Positions 19,528-28,625 of a stretch of DNA of 64,000 nt are shown one piece after another. Numbering within the stretch: the first letter of the stretch is position 1; each line of letters opens with the position of its first letter. Source of the DNA: a virus; the IMG/VR virus record IMGVR_UViG_3300046535_001697, positions 18,637 through 82,636 of that record. One strand, written 5' to 3'. The translations under genes and the position numbers were made by a program. The notes below the pieces were generated by a model. The model ran no database searches, had not been told where the DNA came from, and worked only from the letters and a program-made list of their open reading frames with translations.

Positions 19528-19968
19528 TCATCCTCCGGGCTGGTCCTGTGCGGGGGCTGCAGCCACAGCGCGCCAGACTCCGCGGTCGTCCTGGATGAGG
19601 AGGCCGCAGCGGGTGCACTGGCCGGTGGACGTCACGAGCCGGGTGTCTGCGTCGTAGGCCGGGTGGTCCTGGCGGCAGGCGTCTTCCTGTGGCGGGAGGG
19701 CCTGTAGGCCTGTCGGCGGGGTCCAGCCGAGGTCGGCCAGGAGGGCTGCGGTCTCGGGGTCCAGCCGTACGTGGGCCTGGGTGGTGGCGTGGTCCATGTG
19801 AATGACGAGGGGGTCGAGGGTGAGCTGTGGGTATTCCCCTGGCTGGATGCTGAGGATGGCGCCGCGCAGGCTGTGGCTGATGTCGGTGCCGTCGAGGGTG
19901 ACGGTGTGCACGATCCCGTTGCTGGTGATGGTGACGGTGCGGGTGCCGTCCCCGCCGTGCTTGCTCAT
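19528..19968 (-). CDS. Hypothetical protein
   Basis: 146 aa, coupled, C-terminal CxxC. Confidence 0.55.
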   Translation of the reverse strand: MSKHGGDGTRTVTITSNGIVHTVTLDGTDISHSLRGAILSIQPGEYPQLTLDPLVIHMDHATTQAHVRLDPETAALLADLGWTPPTGLQALPPQEDACRQDHPAYDADTRLVTSTGQCTRCGLLIQDDRGVWRAVAAAPAQDQPGG

Positions 19969-20168
19969 GTGGATTCCACTTCGAGCGTGTACTGCTGGCC
20001 GACGTCGGCTCCTTCGTTCCAGTGGAGCTGGAGGGAGAAGCCGCGGACGGTGACGTACTGGCCCGCGTGGCCGGTGATGCTGACGCCGGTGAAGGTGGTG
20101 GTCTCGGCGAAGGCGTCGAGTGCGTCGGCGAGGGCGCGGAGGTCGGCTGCGGTGAGTCGCTCGCTCAT
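19965..20168 (-). CDS. Hypothetical protein
   Basis: 67 aa, coupled. Confidence 0.5.
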   Translation of the reverse strand: MSERLTAADLRALADALDAFAETTTFTGVSITGHAGQYVTVRGFSLQLHWNEGADVGQQYTLEVEST

Positions 20169-20231
20169 GCCTGGCGGCCGTGCTGGGTGTCGGTCACGTC
20201 TGTCTCCGTGTGGTTGAGGGGGGCGGGTGGG

Positions 20232-20594
20232 TCAGTGCTGGTTGAAGCCGCCGGGTTGGTGCTGGGCGGTTTCGGTGCTGTGGCAGGGCTTGCAGATGCC
20301 GCGCATGCGTTCGGGGGCGTCGGGGTCGGGGACGCCTTGGGCGAGGAGGTCGCGGCGGCTGGTGGGCCAGTGGTCGGCGACGGTGGAGGGGCGGCCGCAG
20401 CCGAGGACGCAGTTGGGGTCGCGGGTGAGGACGGTGGCGCGGGCCTGGTTCCAGGTTCGGCCGCCGTAGCCGCGTTGGCGGGCGGTGCCGCGTCGGGCGT
20501 CTGCTTGGCGTCGGTGTTCGTCGCAGCGGCCGCTGTCGGTGTACTGGGGGCATCCGTGGACGGTGCAGATGGTGAGTGCTCGGCCTCTGGGCAT
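20232..20594 (-). CDS. HNH endonuclease (packaging-associated)
   Basis: 'RQRGYG...W...VLTRDPNC...TVADH...ICKPCHSTET'. Confidence 0.85.
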   Translation of the reverse strand: MPRGRALTICTVHGCPQYTDSGRCDEHRRQADARRGTARQRGYGGRTWNQARATVLTRDPNCVLGCGRPSTVADHWPTSRRDLLAQGVPDPDAPERMRGICKPCHSTETAQHQPGGFNQH

Positions 20595-20650
20595 GGTGGT
20601 CACCTGCCTCTACGCTGGGCGCCCTTGTTGTCCCGATGTGGGGGTGCGTG

Positions 20651-20941
20651 ATGGTGGATCGTGTGGGCCGGGCGTTGTTGACGGCGGGTCTGGCTGCGGC
20701 GGCCTGTGGGCTGCTGTACGGGCTGTGGTCGGTGGGGCCGTCCGGTACGGATTGCGGGTCGGCGTTCATCCAGAAGGCGCGGGACAGCGTGGCGTGTGTG
20801 GCGGCTGTGGAGGGCCGGACGAACACGGCGTGGCTGTTGATGATCTCGGGCGGGTCGGTGGCGGCCGGGGCGGTCGTGCTGACGCGTGAGCCGGCGTCGG
20901 CGAAGCAGGCGGCCGCGCCGGGGGCGTCCGACCCGGCGTGA
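20651..20941 (+). CDS. Small two-TM membrane protein (moron, opposite strand)
   Basis: Two hydrophobic segments flanking 'DCGSAF...C' loop. Confidence 0.55.
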   Translation: MVDRVGRALLTAGLAAAACGLLYGLWSVGPSGTDCGSAFIQKARDSVACVAAVEGRTNTAWLLMISGGSVAAGAVVLTREPASAKQAAAPGASDPA

Positions 20942-20969
20942 GCGGGGGCCCGGGCCTGGCCGTCGCCGG

Positions 20970-21257
20970 TCAGGCCCGAGGCGGCCAGTGCCAGGTGCCG
21001 CCGGCCGTGGGGTCCTCGGAGTACGGGACGGCCGGGTCGAAGAACATGCCGGTCGGGTTGAGGATGCAGAGGCTGGCCACGATGGGGAGCGATGTCCCGT
21101 CGTTGGGGCAGCCGTCGTAGGGCTCCTGCTCGAGGTGTTCGGGGACCGCGGTGACGATGGCGGCTCGCGGCAGCGGCTGGTACTTCTGGGTGCCGTCGGG
21201 GAGGACGGGGCTGCCGTGGCTGACGTAGTGGACGATGCGGCCGATGGTCGGCTTCAC
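20970..21257 (-). CDS. Conserved phage hypothetical protein
   Basis: 'KPTIGRIVHYVSHGSP...RAAIVT...GGTWHWP', a widespread phage small-protein pattern. Confidence 0.75.
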   Translation of the reverse strand: MKPTIGRIVHYVSHGSPVLPDGTQKYQPLPRAAIVTAVPEHLEQEPYDGCPNDGTSLPIVASLCILNPTGMFFDPAVPYSEDPTAGGTWHWPPRA

Positions 21258-21292
21258 GCGGTCTCCTGAGGGGTTGTGGGGCGTGGCGCTGT

Positions 21293-21601
21293 TCAGGCGA
21301 CGCGCCAGCCTCCGTCGCGGCTGTGGATCATGTGGGCGCCGCAGCCTGTGCAGAGGGCGTTGGCCCGGTTGTCGGTCATCGACGTGATCTCGACGGGGTC
21401 GTGGGTGATGCAGGTCCCGGTGCGGCGCAGCGCGATGGTGAGGGCTGCGGGGGTGCCGGGTTCGGGTTGGATGCCGTAGAGGTCGTGTTCGAGGACGGCG
21501 ATGCGGGTCGGGTTGGGCCGGGGGGCCGGTTCGGGGTTGGTGTGGCGGTCGCGGAGTTTGGCGAGGGCGTTGCGGACGGTGGCGGCGGTGAGTGGGGTCA
21601 T
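21293..21601 (-). CDS. Hypothetical Zn-ribbon protein
   Basis: MTPLTAATV...RIAVLEHDL...CTGCG; RBS GGGAG. Confidence 0.55.
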   Translation of the reverse strand: MTPLTAATVRNALAKLRDRHTNPEPAPRPNPTRIAVLEHDLYGIQPEPGTPAALTIALRRTGTCITHDPVEITSMTDNRANALCTGCGAHMIHSRDGGWRVA

Positions 21602-21620
21602 CCGGGCTGCTCCCGTCCGG

Positions 21621-23786
21621 TCAGGTGATGCTGAAGGCGACGCCTTCGAGGTGGGGGTGTTCGGGGGTGGCGGTGACGTCGATCCAGGGTGTCCAGGTGC
21701 CGGGGCCGAGGGTGATGGCGCCGCCGTCGGGGCCGATGAGGAGTTGGGCGTGGGGGATGCCGTTGACGGTGGCCCAGGTGGCGGTGTGCCAGTCGCCGGT
21801 GGTGGGGCGGTCTCCTGGGGGGAGGATCGCGATCCGGACGGGGTAGCTGGAGGGGTCGGTGTCGGCGTAGACGGGGAGCTGGAGGAGTTCGGTGCCGTCG
21901 CGGTCCATGGCGTTGCTCCTCGCTGCTCCGCTGGTCCATCGGGTTCGGTTGCGGCCGGGGGTCCAGCGGGTGCGGGGTGGGCCGGTGCGGACGGTGCCGA
22001 GCTGGTGGCCTGTGCGGGTGGGCCCGTTGGCGGTGTCGAGTTCTGTGGCGCGGCCGGGGGTGAGGTTCTTGGCGCGTCCCGGGGCCTGGCCGGTGCTGGT
22101 CTCGGCGGCGGGGGTGACGGCGATGGTCCGGCCGGAGCGGGTGGAGCCGAGGGCGGTGCTGGTCTCTGTGGCGGGGGCTGTGCCGAGGCGCTTTGCTGCG
22201 CCTGCGGGGGTGGCGGTGTCGGTGCCGGTGGCCGCGGTGATGCTGCGGGTCTTTGTGCCGGTGGCGGGCCGGGCCGTGCTCGTTTCGGCGGCGGTGCCTG
22301 CCGGGGTGTGCTTGGCGCGTCCCGGGGTCTGGCCGGTGCTGGTCTCCGTCGCGGGGGCCGTGGTGGCGTGCTTGGCCCGGGCGAGAGTCTGGGCGGTGTC
22401 GACGCTGCCTGCAGGTGCCGCGGTGAGCCGCTTGGTCCTGGGGAGGGTCTGTGCGGTGTCGACGCCGGCGGCGGGGGTGAGCGTGGCGCGCTTGGTCCTG
22501 GGGACGGTCTGCGCGGTGTCGATGCTCGCGGCCCGGCCGGGGGCGAGGGTTTTGGTTCGTGCGGTGGCCTGGGCGGTGCTGGTCTCTGCGGCGGGGGTGA
22601 CGGCGATGGTGTGGCCGGCGGCCGGGTTGACGTTGTCGATCTCGGCGAAGTCGCTGGTGCCTGCGGAGCGCTGCGACTCGAAGTAGCCGATGAGGGTGCC
22701 GAGGCGCATCCACTGGGTGGGTGTGGCGATGGTGCGCTGGGTGGTCCAGGTCGTGTTGTCGGGGCTGGTCTCCATGAGGAGGGAGCCGCCGGTCTCACGG
22801 AAGCGCCACCAGGCGTGGGAGGTGGCGTTGTAGGTGAGGGTGGTCGGTGAGGCGTCGGAGCCGCCGACGTTGTTCCGCAGGACGAGGTTCCCGGTGACCG
22901 GGGAGTACTCGAATTCCAGGTTGGTGTTGGAGATGGTCGGCCCGGCGGAGAGGTAGGCGCTGAAGGTGACGGTGGAGCCGCCGCCGGCCGCGGGCAGGGT
23001 GGGGACCTGGAAGGCGAGCTGGGCGCCCTGGATCTCGTAGGCACCGACGGTGTACATGTCGGCGAGGGTGGTGGTGCAGTTGATGCGGGCCCGGCCGCCG
23101 GTGCCGCTGACGCCCGCGGTGGTGTTCCACAGGGTGCCGCTGATGCCGGTGGCGAAGGTGTCGGTGAGGGTGGTGATGGCGGGGGTGAAGAGGCCGTCGG
23201 CGCCGGAGAACTCGATCCAGCCGGGCTCGGTGGTGACGGCGGTGTCGCCGGACGCGAGGTCGGTGCCGCCGACGTTGCCGTAGTTGATCGTGGCGTTGTA
23301 CGTGGTGGCGAGGGCGTTCGCGCGGTAGCCGATTTCGGCGACGATGCGGTCGCCGACCTGGACGGCGACGGGTGTGACGGTCTGTGCGCCCGCGGTGGCG
23401 CCGGTGGCGGTGGTGGTGAATTCCGTGGCGCCGATGTAGTCGGTGAGGAGGGTGCCGCGGGGGGTGTCGGAGTCGCCGGACGTGACGTAGACGTGGAGGT
23501 GCCAGAACCCGTTGAGGTCGACGTTGGACTCTTTGACGCCGATGGTCCACTGCACGGTGCCGGACAGGGTGCCGGCTTTGACGGCGCCGGCGCTGATGGA
23601 GCGGTGGAGGAGGATGTCGCGGTCGGCGGCGGTGGATCCGACGTTGATGGACGACGTGCCGGCGGAGCCCTGGGGCTTGCGTCCGAGCAGTTGGATGTCT
23701 TCGCCGGTGGCGACGTCCCAGGCACCGCGTCGGGTGGTGGGGGTGTAGGGCGGGGCTGCGGATGTCAGCCAGAACCTGGTGGCCAC
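21621..23786 (-). CDS. Fibre/adhesin-like virion protein with lectin-like domain and 20-aa repeats
   Basis: 721 aa, Thr/Gly-rich beta domains, 'HAWWRFRETGG' ConA-like segment, ~10 repeats of AAETSTAQ-type unit. Confidence 0.6.
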   Translation of the reverse strand: MATRFWLTSAAPPYTPTTRRGAWDVATGEDIQLLGRKPQGSAGTSSINVGSTAADRDILLHRSISAGAVKAGTLSGTVQWTIGVKESNVDLNGFWHLHVYVTSGDSDTPRGTLLTDYIGATEFTTTATGATAGAQTVTPVAVQVGDRIVAEIGYRANALATTYNATINYGNVGGTDLASGDTAVTTEPGWIEFSGADGLFTPAITTLTDTFATGISGTLWNTTAGVSGTGGRARINCTTTLADMYTVGAYEIQGAQLAFQVPTLPAAGGGSTVTFSAYLSAGPTISNTNLEFEYSPVTGNLVLRNNVGGSDASPTTLTYNATSHAWWRFRETGGSLLMETSPDNTTWTTQRTIATPTQWMRLGTLIGYFESQRSAGTSDFAEIDNVNPAAGHTIAVTPAAETSTAQATARTKTLAPGRAASIDTAQTVPRTKRATLTPAAGVDTAQTLPRTKRLTAAPAGSVDTAQTLARAKHATTAPATETSTGQTPGRAKHTPAGTAAETSTARPATGTKTRSITAATGTDTATPAGAAKRLGTAPATETSTALGSTRSGRTIAVTPAAETSTGQAPGRAKNLTPGRATELDTANGPTRTGHQLGTVRTGPPRTRWTPGRNRTRWTSGAARSNAMDRDGTELLQLPVYADTDPSSYPVRIAILPPGDRPTTGDWHTATWATVNGIPHAQLLIGPDGGAITLGPGTWTPWIDVTATPEHPHLEGVAFSIT

Positions 23787-23817
23787 GGCTCACCGCCTCC
23801 CGGGCTTGTGAGGGTGG

Positions 23818-24267
23818 TCAGGCCGCGGAGGTGATCCGGATGAAGTCCGTGATCGTTGCCGTCACATCGCTGCCGTCCGGGGTGATCACGAAGTCGACGA
23901 GGACCCACGGTACGAGGTTGGAGTCGGTGCCGGTGGTGGTGTCGTTGTCGAACGCGAACAGGAGTTTGGAGATGGCGTTGCCGGAGGCGGCGGTCCAGGT
24001 GATGTCCGCGCAGTCCACGGCGTACCTGTCGTTGGTGTTGTCGACGGCCCCGGTGACGCTGGTGATCGTCTTGCGGCCCATCGTCGTCTGCTCGTTCGTG
24101 GCGCCGACGAAGAACGCGGCGACGTCGGCCTTGTCGCGCAGGACGCTGTCGGCCTCGAGTCCGCTCGTTTCGACGGGGATGACGATGAGGGCGGCGTTGC
24201 CGGTGCCGACGGCGTCGGCGAACGCCTTGGAGCGGCCGAGGGCGATGTTGGGGACGATGTTGGCCAT
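23818..24267 (-). CDS. Probable virion structural protein
   Basis: MANIVPNIALGR...DITWTAASG...ITPDGSDVT; GGAGG RBS. Confidence 0.6.
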   Translation of the reverse strand: MANIVPNIALGRSKAFADAVGTGNAALIVIPVETSGLEADSVLRDKADVAAFFVGATNEQTTMGRKTITSVTGAVDNTNDRYAVDCADITWTAASGNAISKLLFAFDNDTTTGTDSNLVPWVLVDFVITPDGSDVTATITDFIRITSAA

Positions 24268-24317
24268 GGTGGTTCCTCCGGCGGGGGGGTGCGGTGCGGG
24301 GTTCGCCGGGGGCCGGG

Positions 24318-24524
24318 TCAGGCTGCGGCGTGGTCCTGGAGGGGGACGAAGCGGGCCGGGCGGCCGCGGTCGGTGCACGGGGTGTCGAGGTGCCACCAGC
24401 GGGTCGTGCCCTGTTCGGCGGGCTGACCGCAGCGGGAGCAGGTGCCGGGGGCGGGCTGCCACGTGTCCCAGGTGGTGAAGGGCGCGTCGAGGGCGTGCCA
24501 GCGGTCCGGGTCGGGCTGGGTCAC
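24318..24524 (-). CDS. Hypothetical protein
   Basis: GTG start coupled to upstream stop; CxxC. Confidence 0.5.
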   Translation of the reverse strand: MTQPDPDRWHALDAPFTTWDTWQPAPGTCSRCGQPAEQGTTRWWHLDTPCTDRGRPARFVPLQDHAAA

Positions 24525-25042
24525 CCGGCGGCCTCGGTGGGGGTCCAGCGGACCCGGCCGTTCTCGAACGCGAAGCGGAGGCCGGAGACCTGGGCGACGC
24601 GGTCGAGGGTGGCCTGCCCGATGGCCGGGTCGGCGAGGTGGGTGCTGTACAGCTTGGCGTGGTGCTTGGGCCGGGGGCCGACCATCACCCACCGGTAGGC
24701 GCTGAGGTCGCCCCAGCCGCCGGTGTCGGTGCCGTCGGGGAGTTCGCCGATCGGGAGCCAGCCGGTGGGGGCGGGAGGGTTCGGGGTGTTGGAGGTGCCG
24801 ATAAGGAACAGGCGGTCGGGTTCCCGGTTGGGCAGGTCGATGTACAGCTTGTGGGGCCAGCCGTACTTGGCGTCCGCCCAGTGGGCCTGCGCGGCGGTCT
24901 CGGCGGCGAGGTCGTCGGGGTGGATCGATCCGCAGTGGCTGCAGGTGCGGTAGTGCTCGCCGGACATGGGCTCGCGCCAGGACCAGCCGCCCCAGCGGTC
25001 TGCCTCGGTGCCGTGGACGGGGTCGGGGGTGTCGCTGCTCAT
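24521..25042 (-). CDS. Hypothetical protein
   Basis: 173 aa, 'CSHCGSIHP', 'WADAKYGWPHKLY'. Confidence 0.65.
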   Translation of the reverse strand: MSSDTPDPVHGTEADRWGGWSWREPMSGEHYRTCSHCGSIHPDDLAAETAAQAHWADAKYGWPHKLYIDLPNREPDRLFLIGTSNTPNPPAPTGWLPIGELPDGTDTGGWGDLSAYRWVMVGPRPKHHAKLYSTHLADPAIGQATLDRVAQVSGLRFAFENGRVRWTPTEAAG

Positions 25043-25122
25043 GGCACTGGGCTCCCGTGGTTGTGGCCGGCCCGGACCTGCCCCCCTCAGAGCGGTCCGG
25101 GCCGGCGGCTTGTGGAGGGGGG

Positions 25123-25317
25123 TCAGTCGTTCCGCTGGGAGGCGAGCAGGGTGTGTGCGATGGCGTTCCAGCTGTCGGCGAGGCGTTCCAGGCGCTCCAT
25201 GACCGCGAGGTTCGTCTCGAGCTCGGCATTGCGGAGGAGCCGTGCGGCGTTGGCGATGGCTTCGTCTACCGTCGGCAAGGCTTCCACCGGCGGGTTGGGG
25301 ACGGGCTCTGCGGCCAT
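25123..25317 (-). CDS. Hypothetical helical protein
   Basis: 64 aa, GGAGA RBS. Confidence 0.6.
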   Translation of the reverse strand: MAAEPVPNPPVEALPTVDEAIANAARLLRNAELETNLAVMERLERLADSWNAIAHTLLASQRND

Positions 25318-25395
25318 GGGCGTCTCCGCGGTGGGGAACGACGAAGCCCCGCCCAGGGAGTGGCGGGGCCGTACAGGGGTGAGGGGGCAGCGGGT

Positions 25396-25623
25396 TCAGG
25401 CTGCGGCGGTGCGGTTGTTCGGCAGGGGCGGGACGGGTCCGGGGCTGCCGTCGTCCTCGGCGGGTGGGAGTTCGTCGAGGTCGTAGTAGGTGTAGCGGCC
25501 GTGGCGGTGCCGGGTGGTGCGGCCTTCGTGGCCCCAGCGGCGGATGGTGCCTTCGGGGTGGCCGGTCCAGATGGCGGCGGACGCGGCGAGGACAAGGCGC
25601 GGGAGGACGGGGGCGAGGGGCAT
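25396..25623 (-). CDS. Small MerR/excisionase-like HTH protein
   Basis: 'AAIWTGHPEGTIRRWGHEGR...YYDLDEL'. Confidence 0.65.
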   Translation of the reverse strand: MPLAPVLPRLVLAASAAIWTGHPEGTIRRWGHEGRTTRHRHGRYTYYDLDELPPAEDDGSPGPVPPLPNNRTAAA

Positions 25624-25663
25624 GCCGGCGCTCCAGGGCGAGGGTGTTGTGGTCGGGAACGCG

Positions 25664-25690
25664 AAAAGGGGCCGCCGTGTGGCGACCCCT
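25664..25690 (-). terminator. Intrinsic terminator in leader of late operon
   Basis: Minus strand AGGGGTCGCC-ACAC-GGCGGCCCC-TTTT. Confidence 0.55.
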
Positions 25691-26012
25691 CGGGGCGTAC
25701 GTAGACCATTCGAGCAGATCGTATGTTCACTCTGCTGCTCCGTCAACTTCCGGCCCTGGTGGCGGGACCTGCGGCGTTGCGCGCGTGTGGCTGTGCTGCG
25801 CCCGGCCGGGCCCCGGGGGTGGGCCCTTGGCGGGGCGGTGCGGCGGGGGTGGTGGGTGTTCGGGGTGCTTTCATGGCTGTGGCCCCACCCGGCGCGAATC
25901 CGGTAAAGAGTGAGCAAAATATCGGGGATGGTCGGTGGAAAGTCGCCGGTCAGCCTGCCATGGCGTACACGGACTGCATTCTTTGTGTTCGACCCGCCAT
26001 CAGTTCACGGGC

Positions 26013-26252
26013 CTACTCGGGGCTGCGGAAGCTTCGGCGGACGGTGCGGGGTGCGGGGATCCGGCCGGCGGCGACGAGGCAGTCCCAGACGGTGGTGCCG
26101 GTGGCAGCGGCCGGGGCGTCCGGGGCGGGGACCAGGGTGAGGTGTCCACGACGAGACCGTTCGCATGCTGCGGTTTCTTCTGACGGGCCGTCGGAATTCC
26201 GGGCGGCTCGTGCTGTTGCGCTGATGCCGGTCTGCTTGCCACGGTGATCCAT
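26013..26252 (-). CDS. Small protein with GTTVWDCLVAAG motif
   Basis: 79 aa, GGGGGAG RBS, divergent from MmyB-like gene; motif shared with 44412-44849. Confidence 0.55.
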   Translation of the reverse strand: MDHRGKQTGISATARAARNSDGPSEETAACERSRRGHLTLVPAPDAPAAATGTTVWDCLVAAGRIPAPRTVRRSFRSPE

Positions 26253-26441
26253 GCCGCTCCCCCGCACGTGGATGGGCCCACCTCGGGTGTGCACGGTTGG
26301 TGTGCGCGAGGTGGATGGGGCACCGATTGTTCCGGCATCAACGATCTGTTTTACAGGGGAAGATTCGTTAGGTAATTCGACGATCGGCCCGCGGGGGCGG
26401 GGTGCGGTCGTCGCCGGTGGCGATGATGGGTTGAGCGGGAG

Positions 26442-27272
26442 ATGGATAGCATCAGGCAGCGGGAAGCGCTGCGGGCGTTCCTGCGGTGTGCCAGGGCGGC
26501 TCTGTCGCCGGAGGAGGTCGGCCTGCCCCCGCGGGCCGAGGGGCGGGGCCGCCGCGCGGTGGGCCTGTCCCAGGAGCAGGTGGACGAGCTGATGAACCGG
26601 GCCGCGGGCACGTATGCCCGGCTGGAACGCGGCTCGCTGTACGGGGTGACGCCGGAGCTGTGCCGGGACGTGGCGCTCGCGCTGCGCTTCGCGGAGGAGC
26701 AGTGGCAGGCGCTGTGGATCTACATGTACGGGCATCTGCCGCCGTGGCTGCTGCACCCGTCGCAGGCGGGCCTGGTGGGCGGGCACTGGCGGCGGGTGGT
26801 GGAGATGCACGGGGAGCCGGCGTACGTGACGGACGCGGGCTGGAACATCATCTACCACAACCACCTGTTCGCGGCGATCTTCCCGGGGAGGGTGGCTCCG
26901 GCGAACGCGATGGAGTGGATGATGCTGTCGGCGGACGCCCGGCACCGGCTGGTGGACTGGCCGCGGGCGTGGGCGCCGAAGGTGCTGCCGCAGCTGCGGG
27001 CGGCGGTGTTGGAGCATCCGGAGAACGAGACGCTGCAGTGGCTGGACCGGGCGGTGCGGCGGGATCCGGTGGCGGGCCGGCTGTACGGGGAGACGCACGA
27101 TGCGCATCTGCAGCCGGACGGGGACGTGCGGCAGCTGGTGCACGCGGGCCGAGGGGACCGCCAGGTGGTGCAGATGGCGGCGGCGGAGCCGACGGGCAAG
27201 CGCGGTGCGCGGTTCATGGTGCTGCAGCTCGATCCGGTGGTGGGGGATCGGACGTTCGCCGACGTCATGTGA
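26442..27272 (+). CDS. MmyB-family transcriptional regulator (XRE HTH plus PAS-like ligand-binding domain)
   Basis: 'LRAFLR...LSPEEVGLP...RR.VGLSQEQV...YARLERG', then 'PAYVTDAGWNIIYHN'. Confidence 0.88.
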   Translation: MDSIRQREALRAFLRCARAALSPEEVGLPPRAEGRGRRAVGLSQEQVDELMNRAAGTYARLERGSLYGVTPELCRDVALALRFAEEQWQALWIYMYGHLPPWLLHPSQAGLVGGHWRRVVEMHGEPAYVTDAGWNIIYHNHLFAAIFPGRVAPANAMEWMMLSADARHRLVDWPRAWAPKVLPQLRAAVLEHPENETLQWLDRAVRRDPVAGRLYGETHDAHLQPDGDVRQLVHAGRGDRQVVQMAAAEPTGKRGARFMVLQLDPVVGDRTFADVM

Positions 27273-27292
27273 CGTGGTTCGGGAACTGATCA

Positions 27293-27323
27293 CCGGCCGC
27301 CCCTTGTGGTGAGGGGCGGCCGG
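27293..27323 (+). terminator. Strong hairpin between regulator and PKS
   Basis: CCGGCCGCCCCTT-GTGGT-GAGGGGCGGCCGG. Confidence 0.5.
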
Positions 27324-27433
27324 GTAGTTGTCTGGTCCAACGCACCGTGGGCGTGGCCGCTGATTGGCCGGGCTTGGCCGGGCGCCATCGTCCGGCCGCG
27401 TCTCGGTGCCGGACGAGAGGGAGGGGACCTGTC

Positions 27434-28507
27434 ATGATCAGTCCCGAAGTGCGGCCGGTGTTCGTGTCCCGGCCGGCGGTGTTCCTGCCGGAACACGTGG
27501 TGACACGGGAGACGATCCTCGCCGACATGCTCACCCGGCACCCGGACCACCCCCGGGCCCGGCTGCTCCCCCGGCTGCTGGACAAGCTGCCCGCCACGCG
27601 TCGCATGTCCCGGCCGTGGGAGACCGTGATCTCGGATCGGACGTTGGAGGAGCGCAACCGCGGGGCGTTCGCGGACGTGGTGACGATGGGTGGGGCCGCC
27701 GCGCGCCAGGTGCTGGAGCTGCACGGCGTGGACCCGGGCGCCGTGGACTGCGTGGTGACCACGCACTCCACGGGCGACGCCGTCCCCGGCCTGGACGTCC
27801 ACCTGGTCGACGCGCTGGGGCTGCGCCCGGATGTGTCGCGCCGTCCGATGACACAGCTCGGCTGCGGCGGCGGCGCGCACGGCCTGGTGATGGCCGCCGA
27901 GTTCGTGCGGGCCCGCCCCGGGTCGACGGTGCTGGTCGTCGCGGCGGAGTCCCTGTCGAGCATCTACCACCACGGCGACACCGACATCCAAGGCATGATC
28001 TTCAAGGCGCTGTGGGGCGACTCCGGCGCAGCGGTCCTCGTCTCGGACCGGCCGTTCGGGCCGGGGCTGCAGGTCGACGGGCCGACGTGGGAGTACCTGA
28101 TCCCCGGCTCGGCCGGCCGCTACACCAAGCGCCTCGACGCCGACGGCGTGCACTTCGACTCGGTGAAGGCGTCGATGAACTGCGTGCCGGACATGGGCCC
28201 GGCGCTGCGGGAGTGGCTGTGGCAGTACGGCCCGGAGCGGCTCGACTTCGTGGTCGCGCACACCGGCGGCGAGGCCATCCTCGCCTCCCTGGCCGACGAG
28301 CTGGAGCCCCTTGGCGTCGACACCGGCATGCTGGTCCACTCGTGGGCGTCCCTCGACGAGGAGGGCAACCTCGGCGGGCCGTCCGTGCTGGCTGTCCTGG
28401 ACCGCACCCACGCCGCGCCGCCGAAGCCCGGCGACCGGGGGCTGCTCCTCGGCTTCGGGCCCGGGTTCTCCGTGTCGGCGCTGACCGTGACATGGACTGA
28501 CGGCTGA
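27434..28507 (+). CDS. Type III polyketide synthase (PhlD/RppA-like)
   Basis: Catalytic triad motifs QLGCGGG, AHTGG, EGNLGG; 'GFGPGFS' C-terminus; GAGGGG RBS. Confidence 0.93.
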   Translation: MISPEVRPVFVSRPAVFLPEHVVTRETILADMLTRHPDHPRARLLPRLLDKLPATRRMSRPWETVISDRTLEERNRGAFADVVTMGGAAARQVLELHGVDPGAVDCVVTTHSTGDAVPGLDVHLVDALGLRPDVSRRPMTQLGCGGGAHGLVMAAEFVRARPGSTVLVVAAESLSSIYHHGDTDIQGMIFKALWGDSGAAVLVSDRPFGPGLQVDGPTWEYLIPGSAGRYTKRLDADGVHFDSVKASMNCVPDMGPALREWLWQYGPERLDFVVAHTGGEAILASLADELEPLGVDTGMLVHSWASLDEEGNLGGPSVLAVLDRTHAAPPKPGDRGLLLGFGPGFSVSALTVTWTDG

Positions 28508-28625
28508 GTCGCTCCGGTCGCTGCCCGGGCCGGGCTGTCCGACCCGGGCGCCATCATGCCCCGGTGGCCGGGTGATCCCCTGGCTGCCGAACCATCCCCT
28601 CGCCTCCCCGAAGGACAAGTCGCCG

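Noticed and set aside
22020-22610. 60-bp periodic repeats as a CRISPR array or DGR
   Set aside because: Degenerate in-frame protein repeats; no spacers, cas genes or reverse transcriptase seen.
21293-23725. 810-aa Pro/Ser-rich ORF
   Set aside because: Off-frame reading of the fibre gene; only 21293-21601 is credible.
25708-25730. Possible LexA/SOS box
   Set aside because: Does not fit TCGAAC-N4-GTTCGA spacing or sequence.
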